NCBI GenBank assembly: GCA_963796685.1
Contig: CAWCMR010000009.1
Coordinates: forward strand, 96,001-160,000
Direction of reading: 5' to 3'
Length of the DNA: 64,000 nucleotides
DNA from: an uncultured delta proteobacterium
GTDB taxonomy: Bacteria > Myxococcota_A > Polyangia > Fen-1088
Below are positions 39,764 through 48,856 of this stretch, piece by piece. Within the stretch, counting starts at the first letter, position 1; every line of letters starts with the position of its first letter. The translations under genes and the position numbers were made by a program. The notes under the pieces were generated by a model. That model was not told where the DNA came from, searched no databases, and was given only the letters and a program-made list of their open reading frames with translations.

Positions 39764-41302
39764 ATGCGATCAGTAACTATCGTCACCGGTTCGACCATCT
39801 TCTTTGTGCTTCTGGGCTGCAGCAGCGGTGGCTCCGGCGGCGGAACGGGGACCGGGGGGACCTCTGGAGGTGGCAGCGACGGGCGCTTGGGCAGTGGTGG
39901 CGCTCCAGGCACCGGCGACGCGACAGCGAGTGGCGGGGCTTCGGGCAGTGGTGGCGCTCCAGGCAGTGGCGGCGCTCCAGGGAGTGGCGGGGCTTCGGGC
40001 AGTGGTGGCGCCTCAGGCAGTGGTGGCGCAACGGGAAACGGAGGCGTCCCAGGCAGTGGCGGCGCTCCAGGCACTGGCGGCGCGACCGGCACCAGCGGTG
40101 TCACGGGTAGTGGCGGCGCTACGGGCAGTGGCGGCGCTACGGGCAGTGGCGGCGCTCCAGGCAGTGGCGGCGCTCCAGGCACTGGCGGCGCGACCGGCTC
40201 GGGTGGCGCAATCGGCCGTGGCGGTGCGACCGGCACTGCCGGCGCGACCGGCACCGGCGGCCTGCTTGGCACTACCGGCGCACTGGGTAGTCAATCGGCG
40301 GTTCAAAGCACCGGTTGCGGCACGACCTCGACGCTGACTTTTGGGAAGGACCCAAACGAAACGGGTGCTGCATGTACCAAGTCTCCAGGCGGGAACTGCT
40401 CGGGGTCGCAGCCTGGCTATGGTGCGGGCGGCTGGCTTACGATTAAGAGCAGCGACTCGGCCAACGGCCGGGGCTTCGACGTGAGGCTTCCCGACAACTA
40501 CGACAACACCAAGCCCTACCCGTTGTTCTTCGGGCTCCACTGGAGGGGCGGCACCGCCAATCAAGTCGACAACGGCGGAAGCAATGGGTACTGGTGGTCC
40601 TATTACGGAATCCAGAGAAAGTCGAACAATGGAGCTATCTTCGTCGCGCCCCAGGGGATCGGCAACGGCTGGTCGGATCCCAGCGACCTGACCTTCGTCG
40701 ACGACATGGTCAGCCTTATCGAGAAGAATTACTGTGTCGACACGACGCGCCTCGTCGCCTCGGGCTTTAGCTGGGGCGCCGGCATGAGCTACGCCATCGC
40801 GTGTGCCCGCGCGAAGGTCTTCCGTGCCGTCGTGCTTTACGAAGGAGGGGTGATCAGCGGATGCGACAATCCGGCAACAGACCCCATCGCCTACATGCAG
40901 ATTGAAGGCCTGACGGACGGCACATTACCTATCTCCGGTTCCTATTCAATGCGCGATAAGTTCGTCACGAACAACGGTTGCACCCCTCTGACCTCGTCAC
41001 TGGACAACCCAGGGACCGCGGCCGAGCCGCCTAATCCTCCTCCCTATTTGAAAACCGGCGGCCATATCTGTACGAACTACGCCGGATGCTCGGCCGGACA
41101 TCCCCTCCGTTGGTGCGTGAGTCAGTCAGACCACGGCCCCGGTCCAATCGATGGGACCTCGGACCTATACAATTCGTGCGCGACATCTCCCGGCTGCTCG
41201 GCCTCGTGCCCTTGTACCTGGACCCCGGATGACGTGTGGTCGTGGTTAACGACGTCGGAACCCGCGGGGACATCATTCCAGACACCGAACGCCACCCAAT
41301 GA
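39764..41302 (+). CDS. Gly-rich lipoprotein with esterase domain (PHB depolymerase/feruloyl esterase-like)
   Basis: LGC lipobox, GSGGA(P/T/S) hexapeptide repeats, GFSWGA nucleophile elbow. Confidence 0.85.
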   Translation: MRSVTIVTGSTIFFVLLGCSSGGSGGGTGTGGTSGGGSDGRLGSGGAPGTGDATASGGASGSGGAPGSGGAPGSGGASGSGGASGSGGATGNGGVPGSGGAPGTGGATGTSGVTGSGGATGSGGATGSGGAPGSGGAPGTGGATGSGGAIGRGGATGTAGATGTGGLLGTTGALGSQSAVQSTGCGTTSTLTFGKDPNETGAACTKSPGGNCSGSQPGYGAGGWLTIKSSDSANGRGFDVRLPDNYDNTKPYPLFFGLHWRGGTANQVDNGGSNGYWWSYYGIQRKSNNGAIFVAPQGIGNGWSDPSDLTFVDDMVSLIEKNYCVDTTRLVASGFSWGAGMSYAIACARAKVFRAVVLYEGGVISGCDNPATDPIAYMQIEGLTDGTLPISGSYSMRDKFVTNNGCTPLTSSLDNPGTAAEPPNPPPYLKTGGHICTNYAGCSAGHPLRWCVSQSDHGPGPIDGTSDLYNSCATSPGCSASCPCTWTPDDVWSWLTTSEPAGTSFQTPNATQ

Positions 41303-41325
41303 TGCCTACACGCAGCTGAGTTTCG

Positions 41326-41577
41326 CTAGAGCACCGAACGGGTTGAATGCTGTGCAGAATCGAGAGCTTGCGAGTGCTCGGAAAATTCACCTCGCCCCGC
41401 GAAGCGGGGAGAGGTCGACGCGCGAAGCGCGTCGGGTGAGGGGTTCGGCCATGCGAGAGGGTGCGCTGGCCCCTCACCCTAACCCTCTCCCCGCTGCGCG
41501 GGGCGAGGGGATCGGAGGGGGCACGTGCGTAGCAACTTCTTGAATTCTCTGCACTTTCAACCCGTTCGGTGCTCTAG
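41326..41577. mobile_element. MITE with terminal inverted repeats and CTAG ends, holding a REP-like palindrome pair
   Basis: CTAGAGCACCGAACGGGTTGAA ... TTCAACCCGTTCGGTGCTCTAG. Internal CCTCGCCCCGCGAAGCGGGGAGAGG...GGGTGAGGGG and CCCCTCACCC...GGGGCGAGGG. Confidence 0.8.
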
Positions 41578-41728
41578 GAGCGTGTTGCGCATAGGGCGTC
41601 TGGCGCACCTCGGTTCGCTCGGGACGCCAGACGCACGAAGAAGAGCGACACCGGCGTCGGTTTGTGATCTTTTGAGGGCGTGACGAAGTCGTATCGGCCT
41701 TACTGTCCGAAGCAAGCATTCCTACTGG
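41578..41728 (+). mobile_element. IS1182-like left-end remnant
   Basis: CTAG then GAGCGTGTTGCGCAT end. ORF start MTKSYRPYCPKQAFLL resembles IS1182 transposase N-termini. Confidence 0.5.
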
Positions 41729-42019
41729 AGACGATCACGGCGAGTGCGCGGGAATCGATCGCGATGGCCACGATCGCAGTCACCGAAACGATCGGAGGAT
41801 TTCCGCAACTTGTGTCGATCAAACCCCGCACTTCTCCGGATCGCCTTGGCGCCGTTTCTCGCGATCGCTTCCATGTCTCTCGTACCATCCCCCTTGGTGT
41901 CCGGAAAGCCGTCGCTGGAATTCTGGCACGAATTCGCGGAGATACACAGCTTGAATCAGCCTGCCTGAGGGAACAAAGTGGCGAGGAAGGCTGCCGGCGA
42001 CGCTCCAATTTCTCATCAC

Positions 42020-42420
42020 GATGATCGCGTGCGCGATCAATGAGCAGATGCAGCGCAAGCTGGACTACACGCAGGAAGAGGTCCGGGTCCTGAAGGAGAT
42101 CCTGGCGGCACTCACAGGTAGCGGGAGGATCTCCTTCACCACGGATCAGCGACGTCGCCTGACCATCGCCGGCAAGGCATTGAGCCCCGAAGAACGGAAG
42201 AAATGTTGCCAGATCGTGAAGCCTGGAACGATCTTGGGGTGGGTTCGGCAGATGGCGGCGTGGAAGTACGACAGCTCGAAAGCGAAGGTCGGTGGAAGCC
42301 TTGGGCGCATTCGGCATGGTTCGGTACATGGTGTTCTTCGTCATCGATCTCAAGAGCCGCGCCGTCGAGATCGCGGGGATTGCTGTTGACCCAGGGGAGA
42401 AGTGGATGAAGCAGGTGGCG
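42020..42420 (+). pseudogene. rve-type transposase fragments (internally deleted)
   Basis: KLDYTQEEVRVLKE...DQRRRL...GK.L...IVKPGTILGW...KYD, then VRYMVFFVIDLKSRAVEIAGI. Confidence 0.7.
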
Positions 42421-42569
42421 GGCGGCTGTTCGCTTTTTGCGCAGCTACGCGTGAAACCTTTTCCCTCTCGGGCAATCAAAAGACCGGACGTGTGCCACGT
42501 CGAGAAAGACTACTGACAACACCCGATCCCAGGCGTGCGGCTTGGGTACAGCCCTTGAAGGGAAGAACC

Positions 42570-43835
42570 ATGGCGACTTGTATCGAGCATGAAACACACC
42601 TGTTTCTCTGTTGTACCCTGGTGCTGACTTTCACGGTCGCTTGCTCGAGCGGGTCGTCCGGCCAGGGCGCGGGAGGCTCTGGTGGATTGGGTAGCGGAGG
42701 CATGGTCGTGGATGCGAATGGGACGATTGAAAGTGGCGCGGGCGGTACACCTGACGGCGGTGGCATGGTGGGCGCGGGCGGCGCGATGGACAGCGGCGTT
42801 GATGGTCCCGGCAGTTGCAATTCCACGGTCGGTGGTGGTGAAGCGCGCTTCGCATATGTGGCCGCCTCCGGCGCAAACGAGGTCTTCGCCTTCACGGTTG
42901 CGGCCGGTAATGGCGCACTGACGGCAACCGGGTCGTCGACGTTGGTGTCGGATCCGCGCCAGCTTCTCGTCGATCCTTCGAACAAGTACCTTCTCGTGGC
43001 CGGGTTCGGGACCATCTCCACCTGCAGCACGGGATGTATGCTGGTTTCCTACGCGATCAATCAGACCAGCGGCGCCCTGACGCCGGCCGGTAGCGCGGTC
43101 GCCGGGTCCAACCCCATCTCGCTGACGATCAATTCCACCAGCACTCGGGTCTACACCGCGAACACCAATTCCAACGACGTTTCCATCTTCACCCTCGATC
43201 CGGCAACGGGTGCGCTTGCTGCCGCGGGAACGGTGGCGGGAGGGCAGTTCCCGGAGTGGATCACGCTTTCCCCCGACGGGATGTTCCTCTATGTGGCGAA
43301 CGCCGGTTCGAACAACGTGTCCTCGTACGCGGTCGATGCCACGACGGGTGCCCTCACGGCGATGGGTACGGTGGCGGCGGGAATGGCCCCCACCTTCGTC
43401 ATCGTCCATCCCTCGGGCAAGTTCGCGTATACGGCGAATGCGAATGCGAACACGGTTTCCTTGTACACGCGGAATACCACCACGGGGGTCCTGACCCCGA
43501 CCGTCGACATCCCCGCGGGGCCCACCTCGCGCTCCATTGCCATCGAGCCTTCTGGTCGTTTCGCCTACGTCGCTGACCAGACCCAGATCATGGCGTTTGC
43601 AATCAACCCCGCGAGCGGCCTGATGACGTCGATAGGCGCCCCAACGCCGGTATCTGCCGGGAGCCAACCCTATAACCTCACCACCGATCCCGGAGGAACG
43701 CACCTGTACGTCGGTCTTGCGAACACGAACACGATTGAATTGTTCGCCATCGACGCCACAACCGGCGCCTTGTGTCCGGTAGGTCCCCCCTTTCCCGTGG
43801 AAAGCAACTCGCTCCACGTTGCGCTGATGCGCTAG
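42570..43835 (+). CDS. Lactonase-family (cycloisomerase 2) beta-propeller lipoprotein
   Basis: VAC lipobox, repeated DPSGxFxYVAN blades. Confidence 0.85.
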   Translation: MATCIEHETHLFLCCTLVLTFTVACSSGSSGQGAGGSGGLGSGGMVVDANGTIESGAGGTPDGGGMVGAGGAMDSGVDGPGSCNSTVGGGEARFAYVAASGANEVFAFTVAAGNGALTATGSSTLVSDPRQLLVDPSNKYLLVAGFGTISTCSTGCMLVSYAINQTSGALTPAGSAVAGSNPISLTINSTSTRVYTANTNSNDVSIFTLDPATGALAAAGTVAGGQFPEWITLSPDGMFLYVANAGSNNVSSYAVDATTGALTAMGTVAAGMAPTFVIVHPSGKFAYTANANANTVSLYTRNTTTGVLTPTVDIPAGPTSRSIAIEPSGRFAYVADQTQIMAFAINPASGLMTSIGAPTPVSAGSQPYNLTTDPGGTHLYVGLANTNTIELFAIDATTGALCPVGPPFPVESNSLHVALMR

Positions 43836-44025
43836 TAATAGTTCGCGCGCGAATGGTGGAGCGTCTTCTCGTGGGCGAGAACCTCGCGGATCTGGACACT
43901 GCCCAGTGCAGCGGCTGACCGGGTCGAGTGCTATCACGCCCCCCGTTGCCCAAGTCTTGGCCTAAGCACGCGTCCGCCTCGCCGCCGAGCAGGGACTTCA
44001 GCTAGCTTGCAGCAATCGTGCTGCA

Positions 44026-45036
44026 TCATGGTGTCAGGGCGAAACAGTAGATGCCGCCGTATCCGCCATTCGAAGCGACGCTGGAGTCCGCCTGCGTCGA
44101 AGCCGCCCCTAGGTTGACACCGGGCGCGCAGCCTCCAAGATCCGCCGCGGAGATCCAGTTCTCGACCGCGGTGTCCATCGCCCCGAGGCCGTCCGGAGGT
44201 CCGCCATTGGGATCGAAGCCGAAAGGAATGCCGCCATCCAGAGGAATGTCCCCGGCCAGCGGGCCAACGAAGCCGCCATCGATATCGGGAGGGGGAGGGA
44301 AGCCGCCGTCGAACATGAATCCGGGTGCCCCACCGGTTGTTCCGGCGTCAGAAGAATCGGACCAGCTGTACCCGGCACGAGGTCGACCGTCTGCCGCCGA
44401 CGTGCTGGTCCAATCCTGACAAGTCGAGCTGGCACCATAGAGGACACCTTGGTCGTTGCTCCCTGTGAGCGTACTCCGATTGTTGACCTGGCCCTGCGAC
44501 AAGACGGGCGCGTGGTTGGGAACGCCGTCCTCGTTGGGCAGATCGTTCTGGATTGCACCCTCCGCGCTGCTCGGGTGATCGTAAAGGAGATCGGCCTTTC
44601 GCAGAGCCACCTTGCGTCCCATGCGATCGTACCAGGGCCCTTCGCCAATTCGATCGATGGCGTTCACTTGTGCGCCCGTTTCATCGGCGACGACGCTTAG
44701 AAACGCGCGCCACTGTTTCTGACCGACTCCCGGCAGTGACGACTCGGCGATCGTGGCGCAGATCTTGTCGGCTCCCCGCAGGCCCGCCCCGGGCCCAGTT
44801 TCCCCAAACCGCAGATCGCCACCGAACCCATTATCGCCGTTCGACAGGCGGCGCATCGCCTGCAAGCTAGTGACGAAGAAACTGAACCGCGCCGTCGCAG
44901 CGTCGGCCTGACTATCCGGAGCGGCGTCGGCCGTGGTGTGCGGGGTGCCGGCAGTGCTGCCGCAGCCGGCATGACCGAGAACGCAGGCGCAAACGAAGAG
45001 CGCAAGCTGAAGACGGTAACTGTGGAGTTTTGTCAT
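44026..45036 (-). CDS. Lipoprotein with lectin-like (endostatin/C-type fold) domain
   Basis: AGC lipobox, FFVTS...GADKIC...WRAFLS...RIGEGPWY...IYCFA. Confidence 0.75.
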   Translation of the reverse strand: MTKLHSYRLQLALFVCACVLGHAGCGSTAGTPHTTADAAPDSQADAATARFSFFVTSLQAMRRLSNGDNGFGGDLRFGETGPGAGLRGADKICATIAESSLPGVGQKQWRAFLSVVADETGAQVNAIDRIGEGPWYDRMGRKVALRKADLLYDHPSSAEGAIQNDLPNEDGVPNHAPVLSQGQVNNRSTLTGSNDQGVLYGASSTCQDWTSTSAADGRPRAGYSWSDSSDAGTTGGAPGFMFDGGFPPPPDIDGGFVGPLAGDIPLDGGIPFGFDPNGGPPDGLGAMDTAVENWISAADLGGCAPGVNLGAASTQADSSVASNGGYGGIYCFALTP

Positions 45037-45041
45037 GGTCT

Positions 45042-45163
45042 TTATCGCAGTGGTGGGCCATAGAGCGTGGCTCGCTTTTCGATGTATCCGAACGAAGTGG
45101 TGAAGGTTAGCGTCTGCAATACGGTGCCCTGGGCGTCGATCTCCAACAGGACGCCCTTTGTGG
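45042..45163 (-). pseudogene. Second aryl-sulfotransferase-like C-terminal fragment
   Basis: TKGVLLEIDAQGTVLQTL...SFGYIEKRATLYGPP, paralogous to 20808-21011. Confidence 0.6.
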
Positions 45164-45480
45164 TTGCAATGACAAGACAGCCCACCCCACCCAAGCGTTA
45201 TCCTTCTTGACGAACTGACCTCGTCCTCTCTAGAAATTCATCGACACGGCGCACCTGGTCTCACGACGGCAGAAGTTGAGCATTCCGCAAAGACGTGACC
45301 GGCAGACAACCTTGATTCGCTCGCAAAAACCCATCATCGGCTGCGTAGCTTGGTCCGCGGCGGGGCGCGCGGCGTGCGCAGGTGGCATGGTGGAAAATCG
45401 TGGCCCTCACACAGTTTGGCGCATGCCTCGACTGCCTCGGGCGGCGTCGGCGGCAGGCACGCCAGGGTCTCCTGTGCACT

Positions 45481-46936
45481 CATAGGTAGGATCTTAATTC
45501 CTCAATGAAATCGATCACTTACTGAACGGATGTTCAAGGTAGTTGCAGAAGACACAGGAATCCTCCTACACATTCGTTTGCGAAGACAAACGCGAGGAGG
45601 TTCCCTGTGCCCAAGAGAGACATTGCCACAATCGAGGCGGAGACACTCAGCCAAAAGCTACAGCAGGTTCTCAGCGATGCCGAGGTGGAGAAGGTGGCTC
45701 GCCGGTGTGGCTTTCTTCGACGGCGCCGTGAAATCGCCCCGGCCGCGCTTCTTATAGCCTGCATCTCGGCATTGGGGGCAGGCACGGCTGCGTGGCTCGC
45801 GGACATCCTGCGCGCCTTCAACGCGTTCACCGGCAAGGCTGTTCGCTACAAGCCTTTCCACAACCAACTGAGCAAACGGCGATTCCCCATCTTCATGCAC
45901 GCCATTCTCGAACAGGCGCTCGCGAAGCTGACGGCACCTGTGCTTGAGAGTTTGCCCAAGGGCAAGCTGGCTCAGTTCTCGGAGATCCTGTGCCATGACG
46001 GCACCTCGTTTGCGCTCAAAGACACTCTGGCCAGAAAGTGGCCCGGCCGCTTCACGAAGGTGACCCCAGCGGCAGTGGAGCTCCACGTAACCATGAGCGT
46101 CTTGAGGGACAATCCCGTCGCCATTACGCTGGCCCCTGACAAGGAAAGCGAACGCCCATTCGCCCCCAAAGCGGCGTCTCTCAAAAATCGCCTGGTCCTC
46201 GAGGACCGTGGATTCGAGGATCGCGTTGTCTTTGCAGACACTCTCGACGCCGGAGGATTCTTCATCGTTCGCGGCAAAAAGAACAGCCGACCAATCATCC
46301 GAAGTGCTCGCGACAAGAATGGCAGGCGTATCCCTCGTCTCGAGGGCAAGCGACTCAAGTGGCGTGTACTGCCTCGTCATACGGTCGACCTAGAAATCGA
46401 GTGGAAGATCAACGCCCGCAGGACCTACTGTGGTCGTCTCGTTGCCATCTACATCGAAGGAAAACGCAACAAGAAGGGCTACACCTATCTGCACACGAAT
46501 CTGTCGAGAGCGACCTTCACCGCTCACGAAGTAGGCAGAGTCTACAGACTCAGATGGCAGATTGAGCTCCTCTTCAAGGAATGGAAGTCCTACGCAAATC
46601 TCCACAAATTCGACACGGCCAAGTCACCCATCGCCGAGGGCCTGATCTGGGCAAGCCTGCTTGCCGCGACCATCAAACGAGCGCTCACCCACGCCGCAGA
46701 ACACGCATGCGGTATTCCACTGTCCACCCAGCGCGCAGCCTGCTCTGCCAAGCATTTCCTCGACGCGATCCTGCTATCCATCCTCGAATCTGCCGCGCAG
46801 CTCCTGTCGCATATCCGTTCTGCCTTCACTTTCCTCGCGGAAAACGCACCTCGTGCGCATCCCAAACGCGATCAGGGAATGGGGCGCCTTGCGATGGGAT
46901 TACGCCATTCCGCCACCGCTTAAGTACCTACCTATG
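45481..46936 (+). mobile_element. Complete IS4-family element
   Basis: IRs CATAGGTAGGATCTTAA and CATAGGTAGGTACTTAA. Perfect 10-bp target duplication CCTGTGCACT (45471-45480, 46937-46946). Confidence 0.95.
45607..46923 (+). CDS. IS4-family DDE transposase
   Basis: HDGT, EDRGF, YRLRWQIELLFKEWKS (YREK motif). Confidence 0.95.
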   Translation: MPKRDIATIEAETLSQKLQQVLSDAEVEKVARRCGFLRRRREIAPAALLIACISALGAGTAAWLADILRAFNAFTGKAVRYKPFHNQLSKRRFPIFMHAILEQALAKLTAPVLESLPKGKLAQFSEILCHDGTSFALKDTLARKWPGRFTKVTPAAVELHVTMSVLRDNPVAITLAPDKESERPFAPKAASLKNRLVLEDRGFEDRVVFADTLDAGGFFIVRGKKNSRPIIRSARDKNGRRIPRLEGKRLKWRVLPRHTVDLEIEWKINARRTYCGRLVAIYIEGKRNKKGYTYLHTNLSRATFTAHEVGRVYRLRWQIELLFKEWKSYANLHKFDTAKSPIAEGLIWASLLAATIKRALTHAAEHACGIPLSTQRAACSAKHFLDAILLSILESAAQLLSHIRSAFTFLAENAPRAHPKRDQGMGRLAMGLRHSATA

Positions 46937-46946
46937 CCTGTGCACT

Positions 46947-47117
46947 ATGTCCCTTGGCGCAGGTTCACTCCTTTTGATTGGCGCATGCGTCGATGGCTTC
47001 CTGGGGCGGCGCTGGCAAACCGCTGTTGTCATTGGCCGCAAGCGCTTGCTTGCCTGGAAATCCCGTCATCGCTGCCAACATCGCGCTGGCAATGAGTCCG
47101 ACGGTTTTTGTGGTCAT
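46947..47117 (-). pseudogene. Small secreted PPQEAIDAC-repeat protein, broken; its remainder lies beyond IS4
   Basis: Paralog of 50808-51262. Premature stop and IS4 insertion. Confidence 0.5.
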
Positions 47118-47219
47118 CGCTATCTCCTTGTGGATGGGTTCGATCGCATGCCACACGGCGCTGCCAGAGCGTTAGCCGAATAACGAACCTGTGCGTCTGG
47201 CTGTCCTCTCATCACACGC

Positions 47220-47969
47220 ATGCGGCCCCTTCTGTTGCACAAGAGCCCCGCCGGGCCGCTGGTCAAGAACCAGTGGGTGATTCTGGTGCTCGCCGAAAAT
47301 CTCGATCTTGGCCGCCGTCTTGCGGAGGCACTCGCCCATTCCGACTTCCGTTTCCTGGTCGCGCGTCTCAACGAAATGGCCAGGTTCGCGGGTGGATCGG
47401 TGACCTTCGACTTGGTCCTGCTGCACGTCGGCCGCGAACACGCCGACGGCGACCTGCTGCGAGCGATTGTGCGCAAGGGCGAGAGTTGCGTCGTGGTACT
47501 CTCGCGCACGGCGACCGGCGTGGAAAGGGCCACGTGGCTTGAGCACGGGGCCGACGATTGTTTGAGCTACCCTTGGGACCGCGAGGAGCTATGGGCCCGA
47601 CTTCGCTCTTCCATCCGACGCCGCTCGCGTGGCGGCAAGGATTCGCAAACGCTGCGTGTCGGATCGTTGGTTCTGTCGCCACGAGCGAGAACGGCTGCGA
47701 TAGGAGGCCGCCCCTTGTCATTAACCACGTGTGAGTTCTCCTTGCTTGTGGCCCTGGCTGAGCGGGCGGGTCAGGTTCTTGGCCGCGAACAACTCATGGA
47801 GATTGCCAAAGGGTCCGCGGATCTTGCCTTCGAGCGTTCCATTGACGTTCAGGTCTCGCGCTTACGCGCCAAGTTACAGGACGATTCTCGCCGGCCTCAG
47901 ATCCTAAAGACCGTGCGCGGGGTTGGCTACATGCTGGTCCCCGACAACGTGACTCCGTCGGAACAGTGA
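47220..47969 (+). CDS. OmpR-family winged-helix regulator with a degenerate receiver domain
   Basis: GADD, LTTCEFSLL, RSIDVQVSRLRAKL, KTVRGVGY. Confidence 0.85.
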   Translation: MRPLLLHKSPAGPLVKNQWVILVLAENLDLGRRLAEALAHSDFRFLVARLNEMARFAGGSVTFDLVLLHVGREHADGDLLRAIVRKGESCVVVLSRTATGVERATWLEHGADDCLSYPWDREELWARLRSSIRRRSRGGKDSQTLRVGSLVLSPRARTAAIGGRPLSLTTCEFSLLVALAERAGQVLGREQLMEIAKGSADLAFERSIDVQVSRLRAKLQDDSRRPQILKTVRGVGYMLVPDNVTPSEQ

Positions 47970-48083
47970 CACCAAGTCGTCGGCGACCGGTGGCCTTGTT
48001 TCAGAATGTTTCAGCGGCGAAAGTTCGCGTGATCAAGTGACGAAGACCGAACTGACCACTTCACTTCACCCAAGGAGGCCTCT

Positions 48084-48677
48084 ATGTCAGTTTCGAGTAT
48101 CGGCAGTTCGGCGAGTTCGATCGATTTTTCAGAACTGCGCAAGAAGATGGCGGATCGTATGGCCGAGAAGATGCTCAAGGATCTCGACAGCGATGGTGAT
48201 GGTGCAATTTCAAAGAGCGAGCTCGCCAAGGCGAGCCAGGCCGCCGCGAGCAGCTCTTCGTCCACCACCGCGACGGACAGCGCTGACAGTTCGTCGTTGG
48301 ACGAGCTCTTCAAGGCCATGGATACCGATGGCGATGGTTCGGTTTCCAAATCCGAGCTGTCCGCGTTCATGGAAAAGGCCGGCCCGCCCCAAGGCCCACC
48401 GCCCGCAGGTGGCCCGCCTCCTGGCTCACCGCCGGACATGGGTAGCACCGACAACACGACATCCTCGAGTGCGACTTCCTCCAGCGGCACGAGCAACACA
48501 TCCTCGACCAGTTCGAGCTCGCTTTCAACCGATCCAGCCGACACCAATGCCGACGGCACAGTGTCGGCCGAAGAGCGCATGGCGTTCGCCTATCAACAAT
48601 TGATGGCCGCCATGCAGAGACTCGGAGAGGCCACAGGCAAGAGCGAGAGTGCGAGCACCATTAGCGTGACGTCGTAG
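48084..48677 (+). CDS. EF-hand protein
   Basis: DSDGDGAISKSE, DTDGDGSVSKSE, DTNADGTVSAEE. Confidence 0.85.
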   Translation: MSVSSIGSSASSIDFSELRKKMADRMAEKMLKDLDSDGDGAISKSELAKASQAAASSSSSTTATDSADSSSLDELFKAMDTDGDGSVSKSELSAFMEKAGPPQGPPPAGGPPPGSPPDMGSTDNTTSSSATSSSGTSNTSSTSSSSLSTDPADTNADGTVSAEERMAFAYQQLMAAMQRLGEATGKSESASTISVTS

Positions 48678-48719
48678 CTGCCTGACGATGGGGGAAGGCA
48701 GGGATGGAACGAAGGTGAT

Positions 48720-48789
48720 GGCCAAGGCGAGGGCTGCGCCATCACCAAGGCATCGGCGTCCATGATGGCCTCGGTGGTGAATGGAAAGT
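48720..48789 (+). pseudogene. Diverged 70-bp sufU remnant
   Basis: QGEGCAITKASASMMASVVNGK versus QGEGCAIARASASMMTSVVKGK in the passenger. Confidence 0.75.
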
Positions 48790-48856
48790 ATGTTTCTGTG
48801 GCCGGCCAGATGCTGCCCGCCGCTCTTTCCTGTGCACCGTGGCTCGCAGGTTTTTG

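Noticed and set aside
39830-40290. 18-bp tandem repeats
   Set aside because: They encode the Gly-rich linker of the esterase lipoprotein, not a separate array.
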